Assembly (NCBI GenBank): GCA_044222185.1
Contig: JBGANV010000002.1
Location: forward strand, 832,001 to 896,000
Origin: Planctomycetota bacterium
Lineage (GTDB): Bacteria > Planctomycetota > GCA-002687715 > CAIWVZ01
DNA: 64,000 nt
Direction of reading: 5' to 3'
Shown: positions 49,441 to 59,900 of the stretch, in pieces
Layout of the letters: each line of letters starts with the position of its first letter
Numbering within the stretch: position 1 is the first letter of the stretch
Notes under the pieces: generated by a model
Told to the model about the DNA's origin: nothing
Databases searched by the model: none
Seen by the model: only the letters and a program-made list of their open reading frames with translations
Program-made: the position numbers and the translations under genes

Positions 49441-51294
49441 ATGACTGCTCTTGGGCGCTTTCTCGTCACCGTTCTCGTGGCCGTCGCCTCCAGCGCTTTC
49501 GTCCCGGCGCAGGGGGGAGACGTGCTCCTGCTCGTCGCCGACAACACGCCACCGACGGTCAAGGCCTCGATCGAGCGCGGGCTGAAGGCGGGAGTGACTC
49601 CTTCGACGGTCCGCACGGCGTCGCCGAAGGCACTCGCTGCTGCCCTGAAGGACAAGACACCGCTCGCGATCGTCATCTACTCGGAGCCGAACGACGTCCA
49701 GTCCGTCACCCGCGAGGGCGAGAAGCTGAAGGTCCCGGTGATCGACCTCGGTCATACGGTCGTGCGCTCCAAGCCCGTGCCCTTCTCCCAGTACGCCGAT
49801 CCGGCCGAGGAGGCCAACTGCGCCGCGTACTGGCTGATGCTGCCGTTCGCGCATTACGACGTCGCCGTGTTCGCTCCGACGTCAGGTCCGCTGCAAGCGA
49901 GCGCGAAGGCGTTCGAGGCGGCCATGAAGAGCCTGCTGGACAAGCGGATCCTCTCCACGGGTTCACCGCCGACCGATGCCAAGTCGGCGGCCGCAGCGTT
50001 GGAGAAGGCACGAGCTGCGGGCGCGACGGCGGCGTACGTCTGTGCCGAACCCGGAGACGTCATGCTTCTCGCGAAGGCGGCAAAGGCCATGAGCCCGCCC
50101 ATGGTCGTGATGGCGTCATCCGCAGCGCTCGGGTTCAGTGGAACTCGACGGGACGACCCGACGGCGCCGCAACCGTACCCCGACGGGACGGTCATCATCG
50201 GGCGCGATCTCCCCGAGATTCCGACGTGGAAGGATTTCCCCGAGCAGAAGCCGCTCTTCTCGCAGACGGGCGACTCGACGTTCCACGAGATCGAGGCGTT
50301 CGACGCGGGTCTCGCCGTCGCGCGCGCGCAGAAGGCCGGCGCAGAGTCCGGGGCGGACGTCGCGGCGAAGCTCGCCGACGGTACGGCGGCCGGGCTGCGC
50401 GGTACGTTGGCGGACGCGGGTAAGGGCGAGAGCTTCGGGAGCAGCCGACTGCGCTACGTGCCGTGGTTCATGGACGGCGGGAAGCTGAAGCCATTCCCAG
50501 CCGTCGGCGATCCCGAGAAGCCGCGGCCGAGGCCAACACGCTCGGCCTATCCCACGACGGGTTGGAACTCATTCACGCAATGGAACACCGGCGTGTTCCG
50601 CGCCGACCCGGGCTCGACGATCGTGGAGTTCGCCTGGACGGATGGCAAGCTCCGCACGATCGAGCAGGAACTCGGGACGATGAAGTGCTCGACCGGTGGC
50701 GCGCAGCCGGTGATCGATCACATCATCCGCGAGAAGCTGATGGCGCAGGTGCTCGGGGTCGCCTCGGAGAAATTCAAACGCAATCGGGACGGCACGGCGA
50801 AGTCCGGCGAGTCGTTCAACATCTCGTTGGTTCACCGCGCACCGGGGAAGATCAAGCACAAGCAGATCTGGAAGGCGTACGTCGCGGGCGATGATCCGGA
50901 GGCCGGCGGCCGCGCATTCGGCACCTACTGCTTCATCTACAGCACGTTCATCTATCGGACCATCTTCAAAGGGCACGAGCTTGACGAGCCGCTCGCCCTG
51001 GCCGATCTGGATGACCTGTGCCTCCCCATGGCCGAGGGCGATCTCTACGTCGCCGGGACACGGCGCAACGTGATCTACCAGATCATCGTGATGTTCGGCG
51101 GGTCGATGGCTCTGACCGCGGCGCACGAGATCGGGCACCTCGCCAGCCTCGGTCACGACGAGAAAGATCCGCACAGCCTGATGAACGTGAAGGAAGGTGC
51201 AGGTATCCACCACGACGCCGGGTTCTTCATCCCCGAGCACTGCGCGATCATGGAGAAGACGCTGGGCATCGTCCCGAAGGCGACCAAACCGTAG
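49441..51294 (+). CDS. Secreted periplasmic-binding-protein-like domain + metzincin metalloprotease
   Basis: Signal peptide, alpha/beta PBP type I-like region, C-terminal AHEIGHLASLGH plus SLM Met-turn. Confidence 0.7.
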   Translation: MTALGRFLVTVLVAVASSAFVPAQGGDVLLLVADNTPPTVKASIERGLKAGVTPSTVRTASPKALAAALKDKTPLAIVIYSEPNDVQSVTREGEKLKVPVIDLGHTVVRSKPVPFSQYADPAEEANCAAYWLMLPFAHYDVAVFAPTSGPLQASAKAFEAAMKSLLDKRILSTGSPPTDAKSAAAALEKARAAGATAAYVCAEPGDVMLLAKAAKAMSPPMVVMASSAALGFSGTRRDDPTAPQPYPDGTVIIGRDLPEIPTWKDFPEQKPLFSQTGDSTFHEIEAFDAGLAVARAQKAGAESGADVAAKLADGTAAGLRGTLADAGKGESFGSSRLRYVPWFMDGGKLKPFPAVGDPEKPRPRPTRSAYPTTGWNSFTQWNTGVFRADPGSTIVEFAWTDGKLRTIEQELGTMKCSTGGAQPVIDHIIREKLMAQVLGVASEKFKRNRDGTAKSGESFNISLVHRAPGKIKHKQIWKAYVAGDDPEAGGRAFGTYCFIYSTFIYRTIFKGHELDEPLALADLDDLCLPMAEGDLYVAGTRRNVIYQIIVMFGGSMALTAAHEIGHLASLGHDEKDPHSLMNVKEGAGIHHDAGFFIPEHCAIMEKTLGIVPKATKP

Positions 51295-51449
51295 TGCGGC
51301 CTGCGGAAGTCGGGCTCGGCGGGCCCGGGTCCGATGCGGTCAACTTCCCTTGAAGATCCCGGGGTCGTCTGCCAGAGTACGCGCCGTTCTTGCATCGGCA
51401 GGAACGAAGCAGCCCTGAGTCCTCAGCACGATACTAGCTGGAACCAACC

Positions 51450-51539
51450 ATGGCAACGAACAGCCGACGAGTGAAGAGAGCCAACCACGGGAAGCGCCCG
51501 CGCAATCGTCTGAAGCGCCGGAAGCACCGTCGCCTCTGA
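51450..51539 (+). CDS. 50S ribosomal protein bL37-like peptide (29 aa; not in the ORF track)
   Basis: MATNSRRVKRANHGKRPRNRLKRRKHRRL contains the ANHGKRP motif of mycobacterial bL37 and has its own terminator. Confidence 0.82.
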   Translation: MATNSRRVKRANHGKRPRNRLKRRKHRRL

Positions 51540-51590
51540 TTCACCGCTGACTCGCGACTTCATCAGGCCAGTCGCGCAGGAAACTTGCCG

Positions 51591-51629
51591 GGGGCTCGCC
51601 ACTTGCTCGTGGCGGGTCCCTTTCTTTTT
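51591..51629 (+). terminator. Intrinsic terminator after bL37
   Basis: GGGGCTCGCCAC-TTGCTC-GTGGCGGGTCCC stem (with G:U pairs) followed by TTTCTTTTT. Confidence 0.75.
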
Positions 51630-51631
51630 CC

Positions 51632-51791
51632 GGAGCGCCAGGCTCCGTCTGGCTCGGCGGGGGAGGCTCCGCCTGTACCGGAACGTCGATGGGCTTCTCG
51701 TTCGCAACGCACAGGAGCCCGATCGATCACCGCACCGCCCAGGCAGGGCGGAAGCCCTGCCACCCACCCGCGCGGAGCGCTGCGCTCCTAC
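51632..51791. repeat. REPIN-like inverted doublet, copy 3
   Basis: Degenerate GGAGCGCCAGGCTCC at 51632; minus-strand GTAGGAGCGCAGCGCTCC..GGCAGGGCTTCCGCCCTGCC at 51742-51791. Confidence 0.65.
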
Positions 51792-54700
51792 GGGTACTGC
51801 ACGAATCCCAGCGGCAGCGAGGTGATCGCCGGCACGAACGGCACGCACTGCGCTGGCGCGGGCGTCGTGAGGCCGCAGAACGACGGGACGACGTTTCCAG
51901 ACACCATCAGGCTTTGCAGCGTCGTGCGCAGCGCATTCGCGGCGGTCAGACCGTGTGCGTTCACGGCGACGCGTACGCGGCCGACGCCGGCTGATCCGCC
52001 GTTCGCCGTGATCGTGGTGGGAGTCGTACCCTGCGGGGGCCGCCCGCCGATGCCGCCCATGGCGCTGAGTACCTTCACGTTGGACGGCAGCGCAGCCGGA
52101 AATTGGGCGTCGGCGACCGCCCCGATGAAGATCGATCCGCCGGAGCCGGCTCCGCCGCTTCCAGGCGCGCAGAGAACGAGCAGCGGGTCCTGGTTCGGGA
52201 TCGGGAATGCGTCGATGCCTCGCTGACCGTCCTCGCCGTTGGCGAAGATGCGGCCGTGGGACCCCAGGGCGAAGATCCGATCCGACAGGAGGACGACGGA
52301 GCCTCCGCCGTTGCCTCCGCGACCACCGATCGAGAGACACGGCACGATGATCGCGAGTGAGCCGCCACCGCCGCCACCACCCGATCCGCCGGCGAAGAAC
52401 CCGCTGGGGAACGCGCTCCCGGACGATGGGAGAAGCGTCGCGAAGTCGCTCGCAGTGGCTCCGAAGATGTCCACGTCGGCAGCCGGTCGACCGGGCGTCG
52501 CCGCGGGAACGTTGGCGTTGCTTCCGTAGGTGACGCCGGCAGTCGCGGCGAGCGTGGCGCCTGCCTGCCCGGGGAATCCCGGCGTTGCGAACCCGGCACC
52601 GGCACCGGCGCCCGCTTGTCCACCGGTGGGCGATACGCCGAGTCCCCCGCGCCCGCCGGACGGCACGTACGTCGCCGCGCCGGTCGCTCCGCACGGCGTC
52701 GTCGTTCCGTTGGCGAGCAGCTTCTCGCGCTCGCGGTCCATCGGGAAGTACCCACACGATGCCGCCAACTGCGCAGCCGACGCGCCCAGGTTCGGAGACG
52801 GGATCACGAGAGGCAGCGTGGGAAGCACGCGCACGCTGCTCGGTGTCCCGATCACCGGAAGCGTCGCCAATCCCCACGGGTAATAGGCTCCGCCGTGCCC
52901 TCCGAGGCCGCCGCCGGCCGGCGGTCGTTGGAACTCCGTGCGGAAGTAGAAGAGGTGGGGCGACCCGAGGACGTTCGTGCTCGCGTCCGCGAGTGACCCG
53001 CCTCCGACGTTCAGGAGGCCGTCGAAACGAAGATCTCCATGCGACCTGAGAACGAACGGGTAGTTCTGGTCCACCAGGTTGTGGACGTTGAATCCGGCCG
53101 TCGAACCGCTCGCCGTGAATTCCGTCGCCGTGGCTTTGAAGATCACGCGCTTTGGTCCCGCGCTGATCGTTCCGAACGGCGTGTTGACGGAGGTCGCGAG
53201 CTGGATGGTCGCCGGAACGTCGATGGCGTCGAAGTCGAAGATGCGCGGCGACCCGTCATGGCGTCGCGTGTTGAACAAGAAGATGCCGTCGTACATGTTC
53301 GACGTGAAGCAGGGGTTCCCGTTCGCGTTGTCGAGGGCGAAATCCTCGGCCGGGTTCGGGTTCGGGAGGAATGCGAGGCCCTGTCCGACCAGGACGTTCG
53401 TCACCGAGGGATTCCATTCAGCCAACGCCTGAAGCGCGCAGCGGTCGAGGCGGTGGAAGCGATCCGCCGGGAGCAGCGGAGGAACGGCGTCGAGGCTGTT
53501 CGCGGGGTCCGTGAGTCGCGGGACGACGTCGATCGTGATCGGATTCGAGATGCGGCCGTCCGGGTTGATCACCGTCACGCTGATGGTCGCTGGCGCGGCC
53601 AGAGGGAGCGGAAGATCCGCGATCAGCGTGTTGCCGTCGAGCAGCACGACGCGTGGCGCTACGACCCCGCCGAACATGACGACGGGGACGTTGACCGCTG
53701 CCAGTTGCGGCACGACGCCGAACCCCTGGGAAACGCCGTCAGCGCACGGGGTGGATTCGAGCGAGCACGGAGCCGGGCTGCCGCCCGTTGGCGCTGGGCA
53801 GGCCGGCGTCGTCGGCGACGTCAGGTTGCAGTCGCAGCCGAAGGTATTGGTCGGCGCCGGCAGCGTTCGCGCGAAGAAGTTCGACCCGCAGATCGTGACG
53901 GGCGTCGAGACGAGCTGCGCGAGAGTCCCTGCGGAGGTCGTGAGAGTGCGCAGCCCGCCGGGTGTGATCACGTTTGGGACCACCGATGCGAGGCTCGGTG
54001 GGTTCGCGTCCTGCACGAGCACGTCCATCTCGTTGCTGGGGAGCTCCGTTTGGTTTCCCGTTCGAACGCAGCGCGGGTTGACAACTCGCAGTCGCTTCAC
54101 GCCGAGGTAGGGCCTCCACGCACCCGTCTGGTCGCCGACCGAGGCGGTGACGCTGATCGAGGACGACGACGTGACGCCCGCCGCAGCACCCACCGCGGCG
54201 AACAGGGGTTGCTGCGGGTTTGCCGCGTCGAAGATCTCGGTTCGCGTCTGTGCGAGCACCGACGACTGCTGCGGCACGGTCGGGGCGCCGAACAGCGGGC
54301 TGAACCCGGAGATGAAGTTCGTTCCCGTCAGCGACAACGTCGAGCCCGTGTCGAGGATGACGGGGTAGGACGATGGCCCGCCGAGGACGTTCACGGCAGT
54401 GGTCGGCTGCGCGTTGGTGATGGTCGGCGCCAGCTCGACGTACGTGAGCGTGAACGGAGCCGTCACCTGCTGATCGGGGTTGATGATCTCGAGGGTCACC
54501 GGGCCCGTGCAGTAGGGTGGCGCCTGGATCGTGAGCGTCGTGGGCGTCGGGGTGCCCAAAATGCACGAACCCGCATTCGCGAATGCGCCCGCGGCAGGTG
54601 CGAACGTCGTCGAGGTCCCCGCGCCAACGGGCGTGAACCGGACGCTCGCACCCACGAGGAAGTCCGTCCCCGAGATCGTGATCTGCCCACCCTCGGGTGA

Positions 54701-56953
54701 GATCGACGCGGAGGGAGTGACGGCGCTGATCACAGGCCCGCGTCCCAGGCAGTAAGTGAAATTCACGGGCGCGAAGATCGGCGCGACGGACGGTGGGTTC
54801 GTGATGAGCTGGATCGGGAACGAGCCCACGGTGGATGCCGGCGGGCACGACGGCATGGCCGCGGGCGGGACGACCGCGGTGATCGTCGTGCTGTCGACGA
54901 CCACGACGTTCGAACAGGCCACTCCCGCGATCGTGAGCGCGGGGAGGTTGCAGTTCGCCTGCGCCGGGAAGTTGACTCCCGTGAGCGTGAGGAGCGTTCC
55001 GCCGGTCTCGATGCCGGAGGGGGCTGGCGTTCCGGCGGGGCAGGTGTTGCCGGATGCGACGACGCTCGTGATGACCGGGTCGTCGTACACGAGCGTGGCC
55101 TGCGCCGTGCGCTGCCCGTCGAGGTTGATCACTTCGACGAGAACGTTCCCCGAGCAGAAAGGCGGGGCCGTGACCGTCACCGTCGTCGCCGAGGGGCCCG
55201 TGGTGCTACATGCGCCGATTGCTGCGAAGGCGGACGGAGGCGGGGAGATGTCGAATACCCCGGTGGGCGGCGGCGGTGTGAATCGCACGATGGCGCCGTT
55301 GAGGAAATCCACGCCGGAGATCGTAACTGTGGCGCCGTCCGCCGGGACGTGCGACGGCGTGATCGACGTGATCGTCGGCGTGCGGCCCAGGCAGTAGAGG
55401 AAGTTCTGCGGAGCGAGGATCGGCACGGTCGCTGGCGGATTCGTCACGAGCTCGACTGGGAACGATCCGATGGACGTCGACGGTGGACACGAGGGCGTCG
55501 GGATCGGCGGCACCTGGGCGACGATCGCGTTGCTGTTGAGCACGACGACGTTCGTGCAGGCGACGCCGCCGACCGTGATCGACGGCGCGCCGCAATTGGG
55601 CTGGGCTGGAAAGTTGATCCCGGTGATGGTGATGAACGTACCGCCCGTTTCGGCGCCGCTCGGAGTCGGGGATCCGCTCGCGCAATCGTTCCCGGAGGAC
55701 GTCAGCCCGAGGATCACGGGTGCGTCGTACTGGAGTGACGTCGAAGCGGAGGCCTGCCCGTCGGGGTTGATCACCTGGACGGCCACGACGCCGGAGCACA
55801 GCGGCGGCGCTTGCAGCGAGACGATCGTCGCCGTCGTCGCCGACGTGGAGCACGCACCGAGGCTCGCGAAGGAGCCGGGCGGAGGCGTCACGTCGACGGG
55901 CGCGCCGGGCGGATTCGTCGGAGTGAACCGCACGATCGCCCCCACGAGGAAGTCGGAGCCGATCAACGTGATCGGTGCTCCGTCCGCGGGGATCGTCGGC
56001 GGGAGGATCGACCCGATCGCGGGAGTCCGCCCCGAGCAGTACGTGAAGTTGACGGGGGCCGACGCGAACGTCGAGGACGGCGAGAGCGTGGTGTTGTTGC
56101 GCACGGCGACGGTTGCGGCGCCGGCAGACGTGGCCGGAGGGCAGGTGGCGAACGGCGTCGCGGGAACGATCGCCGTGATCGTGGTCGAGTTCACGACCGT
56201 GACGGAGGTGGCCGGAACGCCTCCGACGAGCACGTCGGGGGGGAACGTGACGGCGTTCGATTGGGCGAGGAAGTTCGTGCCCGTGATCGTGAGCAGAGAG
56301 CCGCCCGTCTCGGGTCCGGACGGAGATGGCGTACCGACCGGGCAGGATCCACTCGATGTGACGCCCGTCACCGCTGGTGGAAAGTTCACCGCCGGATCGA
56401 CCAACTGGAACTCCACGGCGTTGGAGAGGAGGAACGGCGTGGCGCCGCCGGAGCCGTCGTCGCAGATGGCTTGCAACGTCAGCGGGGGGAGGCCCGGCAA
56501 TGCGAATTGGGGGTCGAATAGATCGGCGCCGACCGTGATCGCGAACGAGCTTGGACCGGCGATGCCGGGCGCGAAGACCGGGTCGAATGGACGGGAGTAC
56601 GAATCGATGACGAAGAGCGGCGCGGGAGCCGCGTTCGGGTCGATGAAAGCGATGCCCGGGAGCGGCGTGGCGGGAACGAGAACGCCGTTGCAGCTCGCCA
56701 CGCCGAGCACCAGGAGGATCCTCCGCGGAGTGACCCCAGAGAATGGCGAACTGGGTGTCGACGCGAAGGTGAGCGTCAGTGCCTCGGTGCGGACGACGTC
56801 GAGGATCAGCGGGATCGTCGTCGTCGAACACGTCACCGTCGTCGCCGGTGTGAGGTGAGACGGCGACGGAGTCGTCAGGGTCAACGTGAAGGACTGGGCG
56901 CACAGGCTCGCGGAACACAGGGCCGCGAACGCAACGGTCAAGACTCTTCGCAT
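51788..56953 (-). CDS. Giant secreted IPT/TIG-repeat protein with Gly-rich C-terminal domain (1721 aa)
   Basis: Signal peptide, repeated GGTxxTITGxNF / VxNPDGQ units, GGxGGxGGG tail. Confidence 0.85.
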   Translation of the reverse strand: MRRVLTVAFAALCSASLCAQSFTLTLTTPSPSHLTPATTVTCSTTTIPLILDVVRTEALTLTFASTPSSPFSGVTPRRILLVLGVASCNGVLVPATPLPGIAFIDPNAAPAPLFVIDSYSRPFDPVFAPGIAGPSSFAITVGADLFDPQFALPGLPPLTLQAICDDGSGGATPFLLSNAVEFQLVDPAVNFPPAVTGVTSSGSCPVGTPSPSGPETGGSLLTITGTNFLAQSNAVTFPPDVLVGGVPATSVTVVNSTTITAIVPATPFATCPPATSAGAATVAVRNNTTLSPSSTFASAPVNFTYCSGRTPAIGSILPPTIPADGAPITLIGSDFLVGAIVRFTPTNPPGAPVDVTPPPGSFASLGACSTSATTATIVSLQAPPLCSGVVAVQVINPDGQASASTSLQYDAPVILGLTSSGNDCASGSPTPSGAETGGTFITITGINFPAQPNCGAPSITVGGVACTNVVVLNSNAIVAQVPPIPTPSCPPSTSIGSFPVELVTNPPATVPILAPQNFLYCLGRTPTITSITPSHVPADGATVTISGVDFLNGAIVRFTPPPPTGVFDISPPPSAFAAIGACSTTGPSATTVTVTAPPFCSGNVLVEVINLDGQRTAQATLVYDDPVITSVVASGNTCPAGTPAPSGIETGGTLLTLTGVNFPAQANCNLPALTIAGVACSNVVVVDSTTITAVVPPAAMPSCPPASTVGSFPIQLITNPPSVAPIFAPVNFTYCLGRGPVISAVTPSASISPEGGQITISGTDFLVGASVRFTPVGAGTSTTFAPAAGAFANAGSCILGTPTPTTLTIQAPPYCTGPVTLEIINPDQQVTAPFTLTYVELAPTITNAQPTTAVNVLGGPSSYPVILDTGSTLSLTGTNFISGFSPLFGAPTVPQQSSVLAQTRTEIFDAANPQQPLFAAVGAAAGVTSSSSISVTASVGDQTGAWRPYLGVKRLRVVNPRCVRTGNQTELPSNEMDVLVQDANPPSLASVVPNVITPGGLRTLTTSAGTLAQLVSTPVTICGSNFFARTLPAPTNTFGCDCNLTSPTTPACPAPTGGSPAPCSLESTPCADGVSQGFGVVPQLAAVNVPVVMFGGVVAPRVVLLDGNTLIADLPLPLAAPATISVTVINPDGRISNPITIDVVPRLTDPANSLDAVPPLLPADRFHRLDRCALQALAEWNPSVTNVLVGQGLAFLPNPNPAEDFALDNANGNPCFTSNMYDGIFLFNTRRHDGSPRIFDFDAIDVPATIQLATSVNTPFGTISAGPKRVIFKATATEFTASGSTAGFNVHNLVDQNYPFVLRSHGDLRFDGLLNVGGGSLADASTNVLGSPHLFYFRTEFQRPPAGGGLGGHGGAYYPWGLATLPVIGTPSSVRVLPTLPLVIPSPNLGASAAQLAASCGYFPMDREREKLLANGTTTPCGATGAATYVPSGGRGGLGVSPTGGQAGAGAGAGFATPGFPGQAGATLAATAGVTYGSNANVPAATPGRPAADVDIFGATASDFATLLPSSGSAFPSGFFAGGSGGGGGGGSLAIIVPCLSIGGRGGNGGGSVVLLSDRIFALGSHGRIFANGEDGQRGIDAFPIPNQDPLLVLCAPGSGGAGSGGSIFIGAVADAQFPAALPSNVKVLSAMGGIGGRPPQGTTPTTITANGGSAGVGRVRVAVNAHGLTAANALRTTLQSLMVSGNVVPSFCGLTTPAPAQCVPFVPAITSLPLGFVQYP
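54400..56390 (-). repeat. Three tandem ~205-aa IPT-IPT units within the CDS (approximate bounds)
   Basis: SGSCPVGTPSPSGPETGG, SGNDCASGSPTPSGAETGG and SGNTCPAGTPAPSGIETGG, each followed by NFxYCxGR. Confidence 0.75.
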
Positions 56954-56966
56954 GCTCGCCTCGCGA

Positions 56967-59900
56967 TCAGAAATCGGTCGTGTCCGCAGGTGGATCGATC
57001 ATCGCACTCAGCGAGATCTGGCGTGCAAAGGCCGGTGTCGCCGATTGGGTTGGAATTGCGATGCGGATGATGGCCTTGGCGCCACCGCCTCCGTTGTTCG
57101 AGCCGACCGTCCCGCCCACGCCGCCCGTCCCGCCGATGCCAGTGATCACTGCTGTATCCCCGATGCGGATACCCTGCAGCGCCGCCAGGCCGATGCCACC
57201 TCCGCCGCCGCCACCACCACCGCCGCCGGAGTAGGTCGTGATGACGTTCACACCACCGGACCCGCCGTCGCCACCGTTGGTGTTGATCGTTCCGTTGATC
57301 GTCAGGATCCCGTCGCAGGCGAGGAACAACCCGCCGCCTCCGTGTCCGCCGCGCCCGTTCTGACCGAGATCGGCGAAGACGGACGATGCGGTGACGGGCG
57401 TCGTGCTGCCGATGCCGCCGGCCCCGCCGCCCGCGCCGCCGGGCGGCAGGCCGAATTGAAGTCCCGTCGATCCCGTCAATTGCGGGAACGGCAGGTAGAG
57501 GGTCGGGAAGGAGTAGGCGTTCCCACCCAATCCGCCGGCAGCCACGTACGGCGATGGCGCGTCCTGTCCGGCCACGCCTGCGGTGCTCATGGCTCCGCCA
57601 CCGCCGCCGGCCGCGATCCACGCGTGACCGCCGCCGCCGCCGAAGGCCTGAGCGAAGGGGACTCCCAGGAACGGGTTGTTCGGCGCCGTTCCGCTCGCAC
57701 CCGCGCTCGAGGATTGGAGCGAGAGATTCGCGAGACTCACCGCGTCGCCGCCGATGCCAGCTCCCGCTGGGACCTGGTCGGTCGCGATCAGGGATTCACC
57801 GCTGAGGTCGATGGTGCCATCGAGCGTCAGGTTGCCGCGGCAGCGGATGATCAACGGGGCGGCGCCGTGTGCGTTCACGAGGAAGCCGGCCGGGATCGTC
57901 GTGTCGAGGTCGAACGTGAAGATGACGGGCCCCGATCCGCTGACGACCGTGTCGAGCGAAATGCTGCTGCCGGTGAGCGCGAACGGATGGGGCGCCTGTC
58001 CCGCAAGTCCGGGGACGAGTGTGAAATCGTTGCCCGTGACGTTGTCGCGCAGCTCACCTCCCGGTTGGATCACCGGCGTCGAGCTTGGTTGTCCGTCGAC
58101 GTTCGCGGCGATGACGTCCAGACCGAACGGCAGGAGCAGCCCTGAGTTGGTGACGTCCGGCGTCGTGAAGCGCAACGTGTGCTCGTCGATCATCGCGCTG
58201 AACGTGAGCGCCGCGGCGAGGTTCAGTGCGCTGTACGCAGCGATCGTCGTCGTGGTCGGGGTCGCCGTTCCGAAGGAGGTTGCCTGCGTGAAGAAGTTGT
58301 TGCCCTTCACGTCGATCGTCTGACCGCCGGCGACTCGTCCGACGTTGTTGGGCTCGATGGAGAGAACCGTTGGAGCCGGGCCGCGGTACACGACGTGATT
58401 GCTAGGCTCATTCGCCGGAATGGAGGCGTAGTCCCGGTGGACGGTGGAAAACTGAGACGGCAGCGTGATCCGGACGAATTTCGTGCCCGTGTTCGTCAGG
58501 CCGGGCCCGCTGGATCCGCTGGCCCCCGTCGGATTCAGCCCCGGTGGATACCCGGGGAAGGTCACGGCAATGCTGAACTGACCAGGAGCCGTGATCGATA
58601 CCGGCTGCGCGACCAGCGCCGCATCCGCGTCCGTCCCGAGGATGTTGGAGCCGACGCGCACCTGCGCTGCGCCGATGGCGGGATCGAGAAGTGAGTAGCC
58701 ACCGATCACCGGGCACGTGCCGACGATCGTACCGGCGGAGCCCGCAGCCCCCTCGTCGATCGAGCCCGGCGTGACGGACGTCACGGTCACCCCGCCAGCG
58801 ACGAAGTTGTAGTAGACGTAGTCCGTCGTCGGCGCGGAGAGTGCCGACTGGCGTGGGGACGAGGAAACGTGATCGCGATTCCGCACGGTCACGGCCGCAA
58901 CTCCCTCCGCCCCGGCGGGGACGACGGCGTCGATCTGCGTTCCCGAGATGACCGTGACGGAGGGCGACAAGGCATCACTTCCGCCGAACGAGGTGAAGAT
59001 CACCGTCGCACAGTCCAGGAAGTTGGTGCCCGCGATGTGCACGGTGTTCCCGCCGGTGACGGGCCCGCCCTTGGGCGAGATCGCCGTGATCGTGGGAAGC
59101 ACCGCGGACTGGAACGCGAGGAACGTGGAGGAGCTCTCGGGCGAACTGATCGTCGATGAGGTGGCGTTCGCAGGGTGGTTGGGGAAGAGCCCGGAGGACG
59201 TGTAGTCGACGGTGACCAGGATCTCGCCCGTCGGCGAGTTGATACCGCTCGTTCCCCCCCCGATGGTCGACGGTGCGGTGCAGCGAAGCACCGCGCCGCT
59301 CGCGGCCGTGACGACGGTGACGTTGGTTGCGAACGACGAGAGTGCGCCCCCGCACGCTCCCGTCGTCGAGAATCGGATCGAGGGGAGGAACGGGGCGCGT
59401 GCGAGCACGGGCCCGCGGATCTCGATCGTCGGCGTCGTTCCTTCGGTGAAGGTGTGTGGCGTCACGAGGGTCACGGGTCCCAGGGCCGCCGGTTCGTCGA
59501 ATCGCAGGTCGACGTGGGGCGACGCGAGAAAGGTGGCGCCGCTCGTCGGATTTTGGAGACCGATGGCCTGGAGCTGGAAGATTGCCGGCAGACCAGCGAG
59601 GGCTCCGACGGGGACGCTCACGAAGAGGCGGACGTTCCCCGTGAGGTCGGTGCGCAGTCCCGGAGCCGCGGGGTTGCCGCCGTTGAGTCCGAGTCCGTCC
59701 CAACCCGGAACGGGAATCCAGTGAGCCGGATCGATCTCGAGAGCGCCCGAAAGCAACGGGTGCGTGAACGAGTAGGTCGTGCATGGCACCGCCCCGCAGC
59801 CGCCGATCAGGATCGTGATCGGCAGAAGCGGCGCGAACCCGGCGACGTCGATCTGGAGAACCTCACCCGGTATGAATGACGCGCTCGGGGCGACCGCACT

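Noticed and set aside
51395-51420. CAGGAACGAAGCAGCC resembling the SRP RNA core
   Set aside because: Lacks the CAGG-NNN-GNRA-NNN-AGCAG spacing and the long closing helix.
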